A DNA stretch of 28,590 nucleotides from Promethearchaeota archaeon (GTDB lineage Archaea; Asgardarchaeota; Lokiarchaeia; Sigyniarchaeales; SOKP01): positions 1 to 28,590 of the forward strand of contig JAFGGO010000011.1 in the NCBI GenBank assembly GCA_016930515.1. The letters run 5' to 3'. Position 1 is the stretch's first letter, and each line of letters opens with the position of its first letter. Below the pieces are notes generated by a model. It saw nothing but the letters and a program-made list of their open reading frames with translations. It made no database searches and had not been told where the DNA came from. Of this stretch, positions 8,690 through 18,306 are shown piece after piece. A program made the translations under genes and the position numbers.

Positions 8690-9154
8690 ATGGAAGAAAA
8701 AGACGAACCGCAATTCATGGTCATAGACGAAACCAGCCAGGAGTTTCAAGAGACCATAATAAAAGCGAAAAATACTTTGGGATATTTTAAACAGAAGTTG
8801 TTAAAGATTGGAGAAGAATGGACCAGCGCCGTAAATATATTTATTCCTGAAGCGCCTGACTCTGAGGAGGGTCTTTATATCTGGTTAGCCAATCCGATTT
8901 TTGAAGGAGATTCTTGCACCGCTCTCATTTTTGAATTACCAAAAGAAGTGGAATATTTAAGCGAAGACCAATGGATCAAGTTTCCCATCGAAGACATTGT
9001 TGATTGGTATTTACTATCTGATTCTGGAGAGTTAGAAGGGGGATTCTCCCTTCGATACCAGAGAGAATTATTGTCTCCAGACAAAAGGAGCGATTTCGAC
9101 GAACTTATTGGCGTGAAGCGATTCTTAGATATTGAATTAAAGAACGATTTCTGA
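8690..9154 (+). CDS. DUF2314/YegJ family protein
   Basis: 'KAKNTLGYF', 'YIWL' and 'IVDWY...LEGGFSLR...LSPDKRSDFD' pattern; acidic. Confidence 0.8.
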   Translation: MEEKDEPQFMVIDETSQEFQETIIKAKNTLGYFKQKLLKIGEEWTSAVNIFIPEAPDSEEGLYIWLANPIFEGDSCTALIFELPKEVEYLSEDQWIKFPIEDIVDWYLLSDSGELEGGFSLRYQRELLSPDKRSDFDELIGVKRFLDIELKNDF

Positions 9155-9601
9155 ATCGCAATCATTACAGCGTATGGTCTTTCCTTTAAGAGTCTCTTTT
9201 TTTTCTTTAAGATGGATGATCGTGCCACAAAACGGGCATATCAATTGGTTTACTTCAGATACTATTGAATACATTGAAGATCCTGCTGATTTTTCAGATT
9301 CTACCGTTTTTCCTAAAGGAACCATGACTTTCTTTTTATCCCTGTCTTTTATGAGGGTTTTTTGGGATAGTACGACAAGTAATCCAAAAGTACTAAAGAC
9401 GGTAAGAACGATACCAAGAGCCAGGATGCCCCCATAATCGCCCATTTTCCAAAACGCAGCATCACTCGCTTCGGGATCGTCCGAATTAAACCAAATATCC
9501 TGGTACTTCCCCATCTCGATACCAGCATATATTATAAGAGAGATGCCAATTATTATTAAAACACTTACAATGACTCCTACCCAAAAAATACGAGACTTCA
9601 T
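9137..9601 (-). CDS. Two-TM membrane protein with C-terminal zinc ribbon (paralogue 1)
   Basis: Two hydrophobic helices; CPFCG...CNDC. Confidence 0.85.
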   Translation of the reverse strand: MKSRIFWVGVIVSVLIIIGISLIIYAGIEMGKYQDIWFNSDDPEASDAAFWKMGDYGGILALGIVLTVFSTFGLLVVLSQKTLIKDRDKKKVMVPLGKTVESEKSAGSSMYSIVSEVNQLICPFCGTIIHLKEKKETLKGKTIRCNDCDSEIVL

Positions 9602-9727
9602 GTTATAATGTACTAATAAAGCATGTAATTATTTATAATATCTTAATCATCCTTTTTAAAACCATGTGGCATAAAATTGGAATTTTTGTTAGTATTGAAA
9701 GAAATAGAATCACATTAATCAAGCAAA

Positions 9728-10204
9728 TTATAAATCGATATCTGAATCGCATTCATTGCAGCGTATTGTCTTTCCTTCAAGGGTTTCTTTTTTTTCCTTG
9801 AGTTGGATGATCGTACCACAATAGGGGCATGTTATTTGATTTGCTTCTAATATTATATTTTCTCGTGAAGATCTCGTGGATGTTTGAGGTAGTTCCGTTT
9901 TAGTTAAAGTGTTTACTCCCTTTTTTTCTATTTTTTCCTCATCTTTATTAGTGAAATAAACGCCAATTACAGCAATCAATGCAAAAACGCTAAAAAAGGT
10001 AATAATTACTCCAAAACTTTCTATCTCCATGTAATCCCCTATTTTGTCAGATGCGGCCTCTCTCACTTCGCGATCTAGATCGAAATCTACCGAAATTTCG
10101 TGATATTTATCCCACTCACTATTTCCATATACCGCAAGAGAAATACCTATCGCGATTATTGGAATTAATACAATGAGTATAATTACGAATACCCTTAACT
10201 TCAT
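9728..10204 (-). CDS. Two-TM membrane protein with C-terminal zinc ribbon (paralogue 2)
   Basis: Same architecture; CPYCG...CNEC; C-terminal ~35 aa nearly identical to paralogue 1. Confidence 0.85.
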   Translation of the reverse strand: MKLRVFVIILIVLIPIIAIGISLAVYGNSEWDKYHEISVDFDLDREVREAASDKIGDYMEIESFGVIITFFSVFALIAVIGVYFTNKDEEKIEKKGVNTLTKTELPQTSTRSSRENIILEANQITCPYCGTIIQLKEKKETLEGKTIRCNECDSDIDL

Positions 10205-10373
10205 GTTATTATCAAATATTTAAGGAATTATATTTAGAATAAAAGCGATCTAAATTTATATTTTTTTATTGCTTAGTGTAGTCCTTGAATATTTGCGATA
10301 TCTAACATTTTTGAATTTTTTTTAATTTTAATTACATAAAAGCTTCCATGCATCACATTAAATCCAGAGCATT

Positions 10374-10529
10374 TTACCACATGTTTAATTCGTTTACTTT
10401 ATACAAGTCTATAAGATAATATAAGTTATATCCGATGTAGATCAAGGCAAATAATATAAAGATTAAGATAGTCAATATACATGGTTGATAATTAGGTTCT
10501 TTCTTTGATCCTTCTTGGTTTTCAGACAT
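10374..10529 (-). CDS. Small single-pass membrane protein (51 aa)
   Basis: AGGAGG RBS precedes the ATG at 10529 (MSENQEG...); one hydrophobic helix. Confidence 0.6.
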   Translation of the reverse strand: MSENQEGSKKEPNYQPCILTILIFILFALIYIGYNLYYLIDLYKVNELNMW

Positions 10530-10838
10530 ATTTACATTCCTCCTTTTTATCTTGATTTCAGTCTTAGAAAAATTATGGAAAGGGTACTTAATAAATGTGT
10601 ATGGGTGAAAAGTGAAATAATAAAACATGAAATAATAAGACCCCCATCAGCTTAATGGCTTTAATGGTACATATTTATAATCATATATTGTTTTTTTATT
10701 TAATGTTTAATAGGAATTGGTCTTTTTCTTTACTTTTTATTGATTTAGACCTTTTATCTTCTCTTATTCACCTATTTTGGTACTAGTGCTGAGGATAGAG
10801 TTTATTAGAAAAAAATCATTAAACAAATTATCGCTTAT

Positions 10839-11888
10839 ATGCTCTCAAGTGAACAAAGATTGATAAAATTAAATTTTTCAGGAAGTTATTACGAAATGGG
10901 ATTTCAATTTGGCTCTCAAATCAAGGATTTCTTTCAATTACCCCATATATCAACTGAAACAATAGAGTTTGCCAAAGAGTGTCGTTCACACGTGAAAGTG
11001 CATGCTCCGGGAATATTAGAAGAACTAAAAGGAATAACTGACGCCACGAATCTCGATCCAGAATTGCTCGATGCTTTTGTATTATGTTTGGGGAAAGACA
11101 TGATAGAACAAACGAGAAAGTTGTTTGTAAATGGAATCGATTTTGGTTGCAGTACTATAGCCATTAATAACGAACTGACTCTATCGGAATACCCAATTTT
11201 TGCGCGAAATTACGATTGGATGGAATCGTTTAAAGAATTTTTTACAGCCATAAATAGTGATCCAAGGAATGGAATTGCTAACTTATCGTTTACAGACCAT
11301 ATTGTAGGTCGCTGTGGTGGCATGAATCGAGAAGGTTTGGCCATGGTCATACACGCTATTCCCTCTTATGCAGGTGATTGGCGTCCGGGATTAAGAATGA
11401 ACGTGATATGTCGTTGGGTGTTAGACAATTTTAAAACTACTAAAGAAGCGGTAAAATTTTTTGAAAAAATTCCACACGTGTTCGGACACGGCTATTTAAT
11501 CGCAGATAAGGGAGGTGATATCAAAAAAATCGAAACTGCAGGAGAAGAGGTTGTTGTAATTCCCGAGAGAGAGGGATTTTTAGCCCTTACAAATCATTTT
11601 GAGACCAAAAGTTTAAAAAAATTCGAATTCAAGAATTTTTCTTTTCCAAATAGTCGCGAAAGGATGAAAAAAATCAATAACTGGTTTCAAATGAGACAAT
11701 CCCAAATTTCTATCGATCACATCAAAAACCTCATGAGCAACCACGATACTGGAGTGTGCAATCATTTCGAATATGAAGGAGAGAGAACATCCACATTATG
11801 GTCTTGGATTGCAGAAGTTGGAACGAGTCAAATCTTACTTTGCGATGGATCGCCATGCAAAACGCCTTACGAACCCTTAAATCTATAA
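10839..11888 (+). CDS. Peptidase C45 family Ntn-hydrolase (acyl-CoA:6-APA acyltransferase-like)
   Basis: 'GSYYEMGFQFG', autocleavage site G|CST, 'ARNYDW', 'GMNREGL', 'TNHF'. Confidence 0.9.
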   Translation: MLSSEQRLIKLNFSGSYYEMGFQFGSQIKDFFQLPHISTETIEFAKECRSHVKVHAPGILEELKGITDATNLDPELLDAFVLCLGKDMIEQTRKLFVNGIDFGCSTIAINNELTLSEYPIFARNYDWMESFKEFFTAINSDPRNGIANLSFTDHIVGRCGGMNREGLAMVIHAIPSYAGDWRPGLRMNVICRWVLDNFKTTKEAVKFFEKIPHVFGHGYLIADKGGDIKKIETAGEEVVVIPEREGFLALTNHFETKSLKKFEFKNFSFPNSRERMKKINNWFQMRQSQISIDHIKNLMSNHDTGVCNHFEYEGERTSTLWSWIAEVGTSQILLCDGSPCKTPYEPLNL

Positions 11889-11933
11889 CTTTATTCAAAT
11901 TGCTTCTATAAAAATAAAATAAGGGACATTCCA

Positions 11934-13298
11934 ATGGATGACATACAAAAAACGGCATTAGAAGCGAGAAAGGAAGCATCTTTTCTATTAAAAGCCTTTT
12001 CTCATCCCGTTCGAATTGAAATTCTAGCTTACCTTTACAACGGTGTTAAAGAATTTCCAGAATTAAGCGATAAGATTAATTTAAGTAAAACAGCCTTGGT
12101 TAAACATCTTAACATGCTAATGGAAAGAGGCGTCATAATTAGAATAGAAAGAAGTAAGTACGAAATCACTCAAGACGGAAGAGAAGTGTTTTTTTCGATA
12201 ATAAACGCATATCGAAAAACTCAGATGAGATTTAGGAGCGTTCAAAAGCAATTGTGGTCTCAATACATGCCAAAACCTCAGATAAGTGAAAGGAACGACT
12301 CAAATCGATTTATAGTTAATTTCCCTGCCGAATACATTCCTGGATGGTTGTCTTTTAATTCGTGCCTTACAGGAGTGTTAAATTCGCTTGGAAATAAATA
12401 CGAAAAATATCAGATTGGGGGACACGACGGAACTGCTTTTTTTATAAATGTATTAAAAGGATACACTTGTCCTTCTGGCCCGTCTAATTTATGTCCGATG
12501 AAGGATTTCTACGAGGGAATCAGAGATTTAGGATGGATCGTGAAAGAGTATTACGAATTTCAATCGAGAGAAGTAGACGAATCGAACCATAACAACGAGA
12601 AGTTTGAGCGCTTGTTTGGGAAAGTGAAAGAAATACTTATTGACACCAATCGTCCCGTCATTCTCTGGGGAATTCCCATACCCGAATACGGAGTTGTAAA
12701 CGGATTCAATAAGGACGAATATATCGTTTCCACATTTCGAAGGCACGCGCCTGAATATTTTGGAATGGACGATAATATTAAATATGACGAGATCATTACT
12801 CCAGGGCGGTTCCAAATGCTCTATTTCGAAAAAGGGACGGAAAAACTCGATCAGACTTCGGCCGATATTAACGCCATTAAAAGATCAATAAAAATGTTGG
12901 GACAAGACAAATCCAGAGCAGGATATGTAACTGGTCCTGAGGCGTTTAAAGAGTGGGCGAAAGTTCTCGAAGGGGATATTGAGAATGTTTCCTATCACGG
13001 AAATAGTTATGTTGGTATTTGTACATTAGAATCAGTCGGTCTAGCTTCGCAATTTCTTTTCGATCTTTCCAAGAGTTATTCTAAGACCAAGGAGGGCGCA
13101 TTATTTAACGATACAGGTTCTATTTACAAACAAATTCAAAAGTTAATACAAGAATTTGTACATATTTTTCCTTTTGCATTTGATGGGGATTTAAGCAAGA
13201 AAAAGCGCGAAAAAGGAGCGGAAATTCTAAGAAAAATTCATCCCAAATTATCTTCTGTTAAAAAGAACTTAATTGCAGTAAATAACATTTGGGATTGA
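11934..13298 (+). CDS. ArsR-family winged-HTH regulator fused to a large uncharacterised C-terminal domain
   Basis: 'LKAFSHPVRIEIL...LSKTALVKHLNMLMERGVI...YEITQDG' N-terminus; about 330-aa C-terminal domain. Confidence 0.85.
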   Translation: MDDIQKTALEARKEASFLLKAFSHPVRIEILAYLYNGVKEFPELSDKINLSKTALVKHLNMLMERGVIIRIERSKYEITQDGREVFFSIINAYRKTQMRFRSVQKQLWSQYMPKPQISERNDSNRFIVNFPAEYIPGWLSFNSCLTGVLNSLGNKYEKYQIGGHDGTAFFINVLKGYTCPSGPSNLCPMKDFYEGIRDLGWIVKEYYEFQSREVDESNHNNEKFERLFGKVKEILIDTNRPVILWGIPIPEYGVVNGFNKDEYIVSTFRRHAPEYFGMDDNIKYDEIITPGRFQMLYFEKGTEKLDQTSADINAIKRSIKMLGQDKSRAGYVTGPEAFKEWAKVLEGDIENVSYHGNSYVGICTLESVGLASQFLFDLSKSYSKTKEGALFNDTGSIYKQIQKLIQEFVHIFPFAFDGDLSKKKREKGAEILRKIHPKLSSVKKNLIAVNNIWD

Positions 13299-13383
13299 TT
13301 TTTTCGAGAATCGTGACATATTTAATAATGGGAATTAACTATAATTCAATTCATTATTTATGCTTTTATTAAAAAAAGTTCTT

Positions 13384-14508
13384 TTAGGAGGATATGCAAT
13401 TTAGAGCGTTTTGTATTTCTTGCTTGACTTCATCATCAGTTCTCTTAAGGAAATTTTCCAAGGCTTTTTTCGCATCCAGACCTCCGATTCGCCCCAATGC
13501 CCAAGCGATTAAACACCTTACTCTATCATCTAAATTCTCTTCGAACGCACGGACAAGCTCAGGAACATATTTTGGATCCAGAGTATTTCCCATTACTCGA
13601 GCTACATTCATCTTCCAGCGCCATATTTCGTCCGATTTCATATAAAACATGTGAGGTCGAATTTTAGAGTCAAAATATTCCACATCCATGTGTAATAATT
13701 TCGAGAGTTCAAAATCCTTTTCCTTCTCAAGCGCTCTCTTGTTAAGCGACTTTTCTTTTACTAACCAAGGTTTATTGCGAGGGCACACGTTTTGACACCG
13801 ATCGCACCCATAGACCCACAAGCCCATTGGTTCTCGGAGCTCTTTTGGAGTCGGGCCCGTTCCGTAATACGAAAGGTACGAAATGCATCGACGAGGGTCT
13901 ATTTTTCTCGGTCCTTTTAAGGCACCTGTGGGGCATGCAATGATACAAGCGTTTTTACACCACTCGGGGCACCCAATTTCGGTCGTTGGCTCGTCTGGTT
14001 CAAACATCCGATCGACAACAAGCGGTATGGGCGACACCCAAGATCCTTTAAGTGCCACTTTTCTCGAATAAAACAAGCAATTCTTGCCAAATGTCCCCAA
14101 TCCTGCCCTTGCAGCTGCCAATCGATGAGGAGAATAAGGGGCAAAGTGAGAATCAATGCCGTTATCCTTGAGGTAAGCGCGAAATGCCTTGATTCGAGGG
14201 TACAGCTCGTCCTTAGTTTCTCTATCGTCGTCGATATAGCATCGGCCAAAATGATTTTCCAACGATTTCGGAAAATCCTGCGAGAAATAATTCTCAATTA
14301 AAACTATAATCGACTTACCGGTTTGAAGATAATGGGTGGGATCAATGCCCTCATTCAAGTCTGCGCCTTTTTCTGAAATCCAAGCGTATTCTTCTTGTCT
14401 TGAATTTAATAAATCAACCTGCTCTATAAAAGGCTTTACGGTCGTGAATCCAATGTCAGCAAATCCTAGCTCTTTCGATTTTTCGATTATATCTCCTTTT
14501 GATACCAT
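13384..14508 (-). CDS. queG: Epoxyqueuosine reductase QueG-like cobalamin/[4Fe-4S] protein with C-terminal HEAT repeat
   Basis: 'ELGFADIGFT', 'AAARAGLGTFGKN', 'CIIACPTGAL', 'RRCISY', 'YGCDRCQNVCPRN', 'AWALGRIG'. Confidence 0.75.
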   Translation of the reverse strand: MVSKGDIIEKSKELGFADIGFTTVKPFIEQVDLLNSRQEEYAWISEKGADLNEGIDPTHYLQTGKSIIVLIENYFSQDFPKSLENHFGRCYIDDDRETKDELYPRIKAFRAYLKDNGIDSHFAPYSPHRLAAARAGLGTFGKNCLFYSRKVALKGSWVSPIPLVVDRMFEPDEPTTEIGCPEWCKNACIIACPTGALKGPRKIDPRRCISYLSYYGTGPTPKELREPMGLWVYGCDRCQNVCPRNKPWLVKEKSLNKRALEKEKDFELSKLLHMDVEYFDSKIRPHMFYMKSDEIWRWKMNVARVMGNTLDPKYVPELVRAFEENLDDRVRCLIAWALGRIGGLDAKKALENFLKRTDDEVKQEIQNALNCISS

Positions 14509-14644
14509 ACATGTATAAAAATTGTAGAATTCGTTTTATAATTAACTAGATCTTAATAAAGTTGATTTATTAACAAAGGATTACAAATAATACAATAAAT
14601 CTAGTATCACTAAATATCATATAAAAAAAAGAAATAAATTTTAG

Positions 14645-15295
14645 AAAATAAATTCCAGTGTTATCACGAACATTGCTTACGATTTTTGCAAAAAACGCGG
14701 AATTACTTACGAAGGAATTGATTTTAGTCCCGCACCCTATCCAACCATTGAGAAAAGTATCGGTACATCTTTAGAAAAACTAGGTCTCAGTAAATTCGGT
14801 GGAATTGGGAGCGTTTTTTCTGTCGGTTTTTTAACCCAAGCATTACTATCGGTAGATCGGCCTAAAATAGGATTTTCAGGATTCATACAACCGTTATTAG
14901 AAGATCACGCGATTGCCCTGCGTAATAACGAAGGAATTTTAAGCACATCAAAACTTTTACTCTATTCAACAATGTGTGGGCTAAGATTGGATTGCGTTCC
15001 CATACCTGGAGATATTTCTATAGACGATTTACAGCTCCTTCTTTTAGATCTAGCAATGATCTCCATACGACTAAACAAACCACTTACCGCTCGTTTAATG
15101 CCCATTCTAGGAAAAAAAGGAGGAGAACAAACAAATTTTAATTTTGAATACTTTACAGACAGCAAGATTTTAGAACTTAAAAAATCCCTGCCATTAGAAT
15201 TTGATAAGATTGCCAAAATAACATACGCTTTTTTTTCTGATCTCAGTTGTTCTTACAATAAATCGAAATCATCGAAAGAGTTCTCATTTTCATAG
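14645..15295 (+). pseudogene. 5'-truncated DUF711 (UPF0210/PFL-like) family gene remnant
   Basis: Frame is open from 14645 with no ATG/GTG/TTG until 14972 and reads GIDFSPAPYP..IGFSG..PLLED..LLLYSTMCGLRLDCVPIPGD..KPLTARLMP. Only the C-terminal half of the family is present. Confidence 0.75.
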
Positions 15296-16036
15296 TTAAT
15301 AGCAGACCAAACCTCCTAATTTTTTTAGGAAGATACCTTCCTGGGATTCTGTTTTTATTATTTTAGTCTTGACTCCAATGTTTTGTGCGATTTGAAGGAT
15401 ACGATGAGTTTTATTTCGATTATTTGGATGTTCAAGATAATCTTCAGTAAGAACGATATATTTGGGTTTGGGCAAATTGGAGTCCCTCTTGATAAGTTTA
15501 AATTCTCTATCTATCTCTCCAACCGTGTATAAGACTTTTGATTCTTGATCGTTCTTGTTAAGGATCTTTTTTAATTCTTCCAAGATAAGTCCACCTTCTC
15601 GGTTCGAAGTGTCGTCTACGAGCGATTTAAAATCTTCCCTCGATTTCAAATAGTAAACATCCTTTTGCGTCTTGGCTTGGTTGCCTTCTATTTTCGAAAA
15701 CACTACCGTTCTCTCGCTTTTTTTAAAGAGCCAAGCGTGATGTTTTCTGATGTGTTCAAGAAATTCGTCGGAATATCTTCTTTTAGGGGGACAAAGAAGA
15801 ATGACACTCCTTATCCCTTCCTCGAAAATTGGCCTTAATTCATTGACAAGTTCCTCGTGAAAGCGATACAATTGCTTTTCGTCCTGGTTTCTTCTTTTTC
15901 TCCCTCGGTTGACAGTAGATTGGTGTTTAATAACCTCGCTAAAAATCCTCCAAACAATGGCATTTTCGTCGTGAAGACCTATAAGAACGGCTATTGGATG
16001 ACCACGTTTTGATCTAATCCTTCTTTTTTTCGTCAT
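15296..16036 (-). CDS. Pelota/aRF1-like protein comprising only M (eRF1_2) and C (eRF1_3) domains
   Basis: 'VILLCPP..YSDEFLEHI' corresponds to the Pelota iiagPGf..dF region; 'VLYTVGEI..IVLTEDYL..ILQIAQNIGVKTKIIKTESQEGIFLKKLGGLVCY' matches the eRF1_3 C-terminus; no GGQ or NIKS. Confidence 0.75.
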   Translation of the reverse strand: MTKKRRIRSKRGHPIAVLIGLHDENAIVWRIFSEVIKHQSTVNRGRKRRNQDEKQLYRFHEELVNELRPIFEEGIRSVILLCPPKRRYSDEFLEHIRKHHAWLFKKSERTVVFSKIEGNQAKTQKDVYYLKSREDFKSLVDDTSNREGGLILEELKKILNKNDQESKVLYTVGEIDREFKLIKRDSNLPKPKYIVLTEDYLEHPNNRNKTHRILQIAQNIGVKTKIIKTESQEGIFLKKLGGLVCY

Positions 16037-16212
16037 CGTACAAAACTAAACCTAAATAATGCTTTATTATTATTAGTTTTTATTGCTAACGACCTATATT
16101 AGAATGAATTTATATTTTTTTATCCAAATCTCTTATAAATCCATTAAAAATGTTTAAACTTGTTTGAACGCTTAAACCTAAAATACAATAGGGGCGTGCA
16201 ACTATTATTATA

Positions 16213-17433
16213 TTGATAATAATGATCGTGAAATCATTAATGAATTTAGCATATAAAACTCTTTTATACGGAGGATTATACCGAAGACAAGGCATTGAAA
16301 AGGATTCAATAAATGGTTTGGTCGATCTTAAAAAGCTTCCAACGGTTTCAAAAAGCGATCTAACAAGAAACTTTTACGAAGCGATAGGAAAACCGCGGGA
16401 TGTTGTGAAATTTCATACAACTTCGGGGACAAGCGGTACTCCCACGGTGGTCGCATTCACTCACAATGATTGGGACATTTATGTTAAACAAAATATCAAG
16501 TGCTTACGATTGATCGGAGCAAACAAATACGATATCATATATAACGCAACACCCTATGGAATGTTCTTTGCTGGATTAGTGCTTCACGATGCAATTATTG
16601 GTTTGGGTGCAAAAGTAATTCCCGCAGGAGCGCTATCATCAACAAGTGCACATTTTAATCTATTCGAGCTCTTTAAACCTACCGTGTATATTGGAATACC
16701 GCAGTATCTACTAAAACTTGCTAAAGATTATTTAGACATCGGAAAGGATCCAAGAGAATTGGCGTTTGAAAGAGCATATTGTTTGGGAGAACCGCTTAAC
16801 GAGAAGAAACGAAAGCTCATTGAGGACTTATGGGACATCGAAGTTTATTGTGGATACGGGCTTTCTGAAATCGGAGCGGGATCAGAATGCTGCGAAAAAG
16901 TTGGGTTTCACTGGCCAGTCGAGGACGTTCATGTCGAAGTGTTAGAAGAACACCATTCTAAAGGAGAATTAACTTATACGACATTAAGGAAAACTGGAAC
17001 ACTTGCAATTCGTTTCAGATCAAGGGATTTAGGTCATATAATTGACGAACCTTGTGCCTGTGGCGATAAATCCCCTTTAATTAGCCACATAGAAGAGAGA
17101 TTGGACGATCTTGTTAAAATAAAGGGAACATTGATAAGTCCTTATGCTATTGATTCAGCGATGTATTCTTTCAAAAATGTAAGAAATTACCTTTTTGTAA
17201 TAGAGGAGATAAGAGGTTTAGACAATGTAACTATATATATTGAAGGAAATAATGTTAATTCGCTCTTAATCAAAAAAGCTATAAAGAATGCGACTTTCAT
17301 AACTCCAAACACTGTAAAAATGGTCTCAAAGGATAGCATACCACTTATAGGACGCAAGGGAAAACGATTTATTGATTTAAGGAAAGAAAACTCTTATAAT
17401 AACATAATACAAAACTTTGCGAAAGCCACATAA
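16213..17433 (+). CDS. paaK: Phenylacetate-CoA ligase family (PaaK-like) adenylate-forming enzyme
   Basis: 'HTTSGTSGTP', 'YGLSE', 'RFRSRDL', 'RLDDLVKIKG' and terminal 'GKRFIDLR'; the true start may be 16228 or 16240. Confidence 0.85.
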   Translation: MIIMIVKSLMNLAYKTLLYGGLYRRQGIEKDSINGLVDLKKLPTVSKSDLTRNFYEAIGKPRDVVKFHTTSGTSGTPTVVAFTHNDWDIYVKQNIKCLRLIGANKYDIIYNATPYGMFFAGLVLHDAIIGLGAKVIPAGALSSTSAHFNLFELFKPTVYIGIPQYLLKLAKDYLDIGKDPRELAFERAYCLGEPLNEKKRKLIEDLWDIEVYCGYGLSEIGAGSECCEKVGFHWPVEDVHVEVLEEHHSKGELTYTTLRKTGTLAIRFRSRDLGHIIDEPCACGDKSPLISHIEERLDDLVKIKGTLISPYAIDSAMYSFKNVRNYLFVIEEIRGLDNVTIYIEGNNVNSLLIKKAIKNATFITPNTVKMVSKDSIPLIGRKGKRFIDLRKENSYNNIIQNFAKAT

Positions 17434-17498
17434 GTTTTATTTTTTAATCTTCAATAAGGGACATATAAAGAAAGTAAAATTATATTATCAATTTAGAC

Positions 17499-18254
17499 AT
17501 GAAATCTGACGCACATGTGCACATTCTTACAAATAAACAACCAACATTATATGAAAATTACATTTTGGATCACGAAATTGGATCAATCATAGGAATATAC
17601 GATAATTATTCCGATGTGATTCAAATTAAGAGCCCCAATTGCACGATTTACAAGTTTTTCTGGATGCACGAGGTTTCTCTCCAACCCGATCCAATTCCCG
17701 ATGGCTTGAAATTCGAGTCGTGGATCGACAATATTGCGATTAACGAAAATATTCTCCTTCCTGCGTTAATTTTCGCAAGCAAATACGGTTTACCTTTGTT
17801 GATTCACTGTAATCAGCTTAGACCTGACTTGTCCAGACCGTCTTTCGTTGCAGATATTGCCAAACAATATAAAGATCTGAAATTTATCATCGCACATTCG
17901 GGTTCCTATGCTCCACCCTTACCTGAAGAATTAGCAGGCTTAAAAATCATGGAAAAATTGGTTTTCGAGGCAATTAATGCTTGTACTTGCCTTGATAATG
18001 TTTTTATCGAATCCTCAATCTTGGCGTCACCAAGAAAGCGCAAGTTAATCCTCGATAATATCGATAAAATAGAGGATAGACTCCTCCTTGGAACGGACTT
18101 CCCTTTTACGGTTAACGACCTTGTTGAATCAAGGTTTTCCCTGGAGCACGACTACTCCCCAACGATTAGTTCTGAAGAGGCATTTTTAGTACATGATGGC
18201 TTGGATTTGAAAAAATTAGAAAAAATCCATTCAAACTTGCGAAAAATATTCTAA
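17499..18254 (+). CDS. Amidohydrolase superfamily (Amidohydro_2/TatD-like) metallohydrolase
   Basis: 'DAHVH', 'LPLLIH', 'IIAHSG', 'LLGTDFP'. Confidence 0.85.
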   Translation: MKSDAHVHILTNKQPTLYENYILDHEIGSIIGIYDNYSDVIQIKSPNCTIYKFFWMHEVSLQPDPIPDGLKFESWIDNIAINENILLPALIFASKYGLPLLIHCNQLRPDLSRPSFVADIAKQYKDLKFIIAHSGSYAPPLPEELAGLKIMEKLVFEAINACTCLDNVFIESSILASPRKRKLILDNIDKIEDRLLLGTDFPFTVNDLVESRFSLEHDYSPTISSEEAFLVHDGLDLKKLEKIHSNLRKIF

Positions 18255-18306
18255 TCTTTAAATTATTTTAATTCTTAATCAAATAGCTCAAGACTAAAAG
18301 AAAAAT

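Noticed and set aside
8323-8790. 155-aa + strand ORF
   Set aside because: It is antisense to the Pelota-like pseudogene, spans the att repeat and overlaps the DUF2314 gene out of frame.
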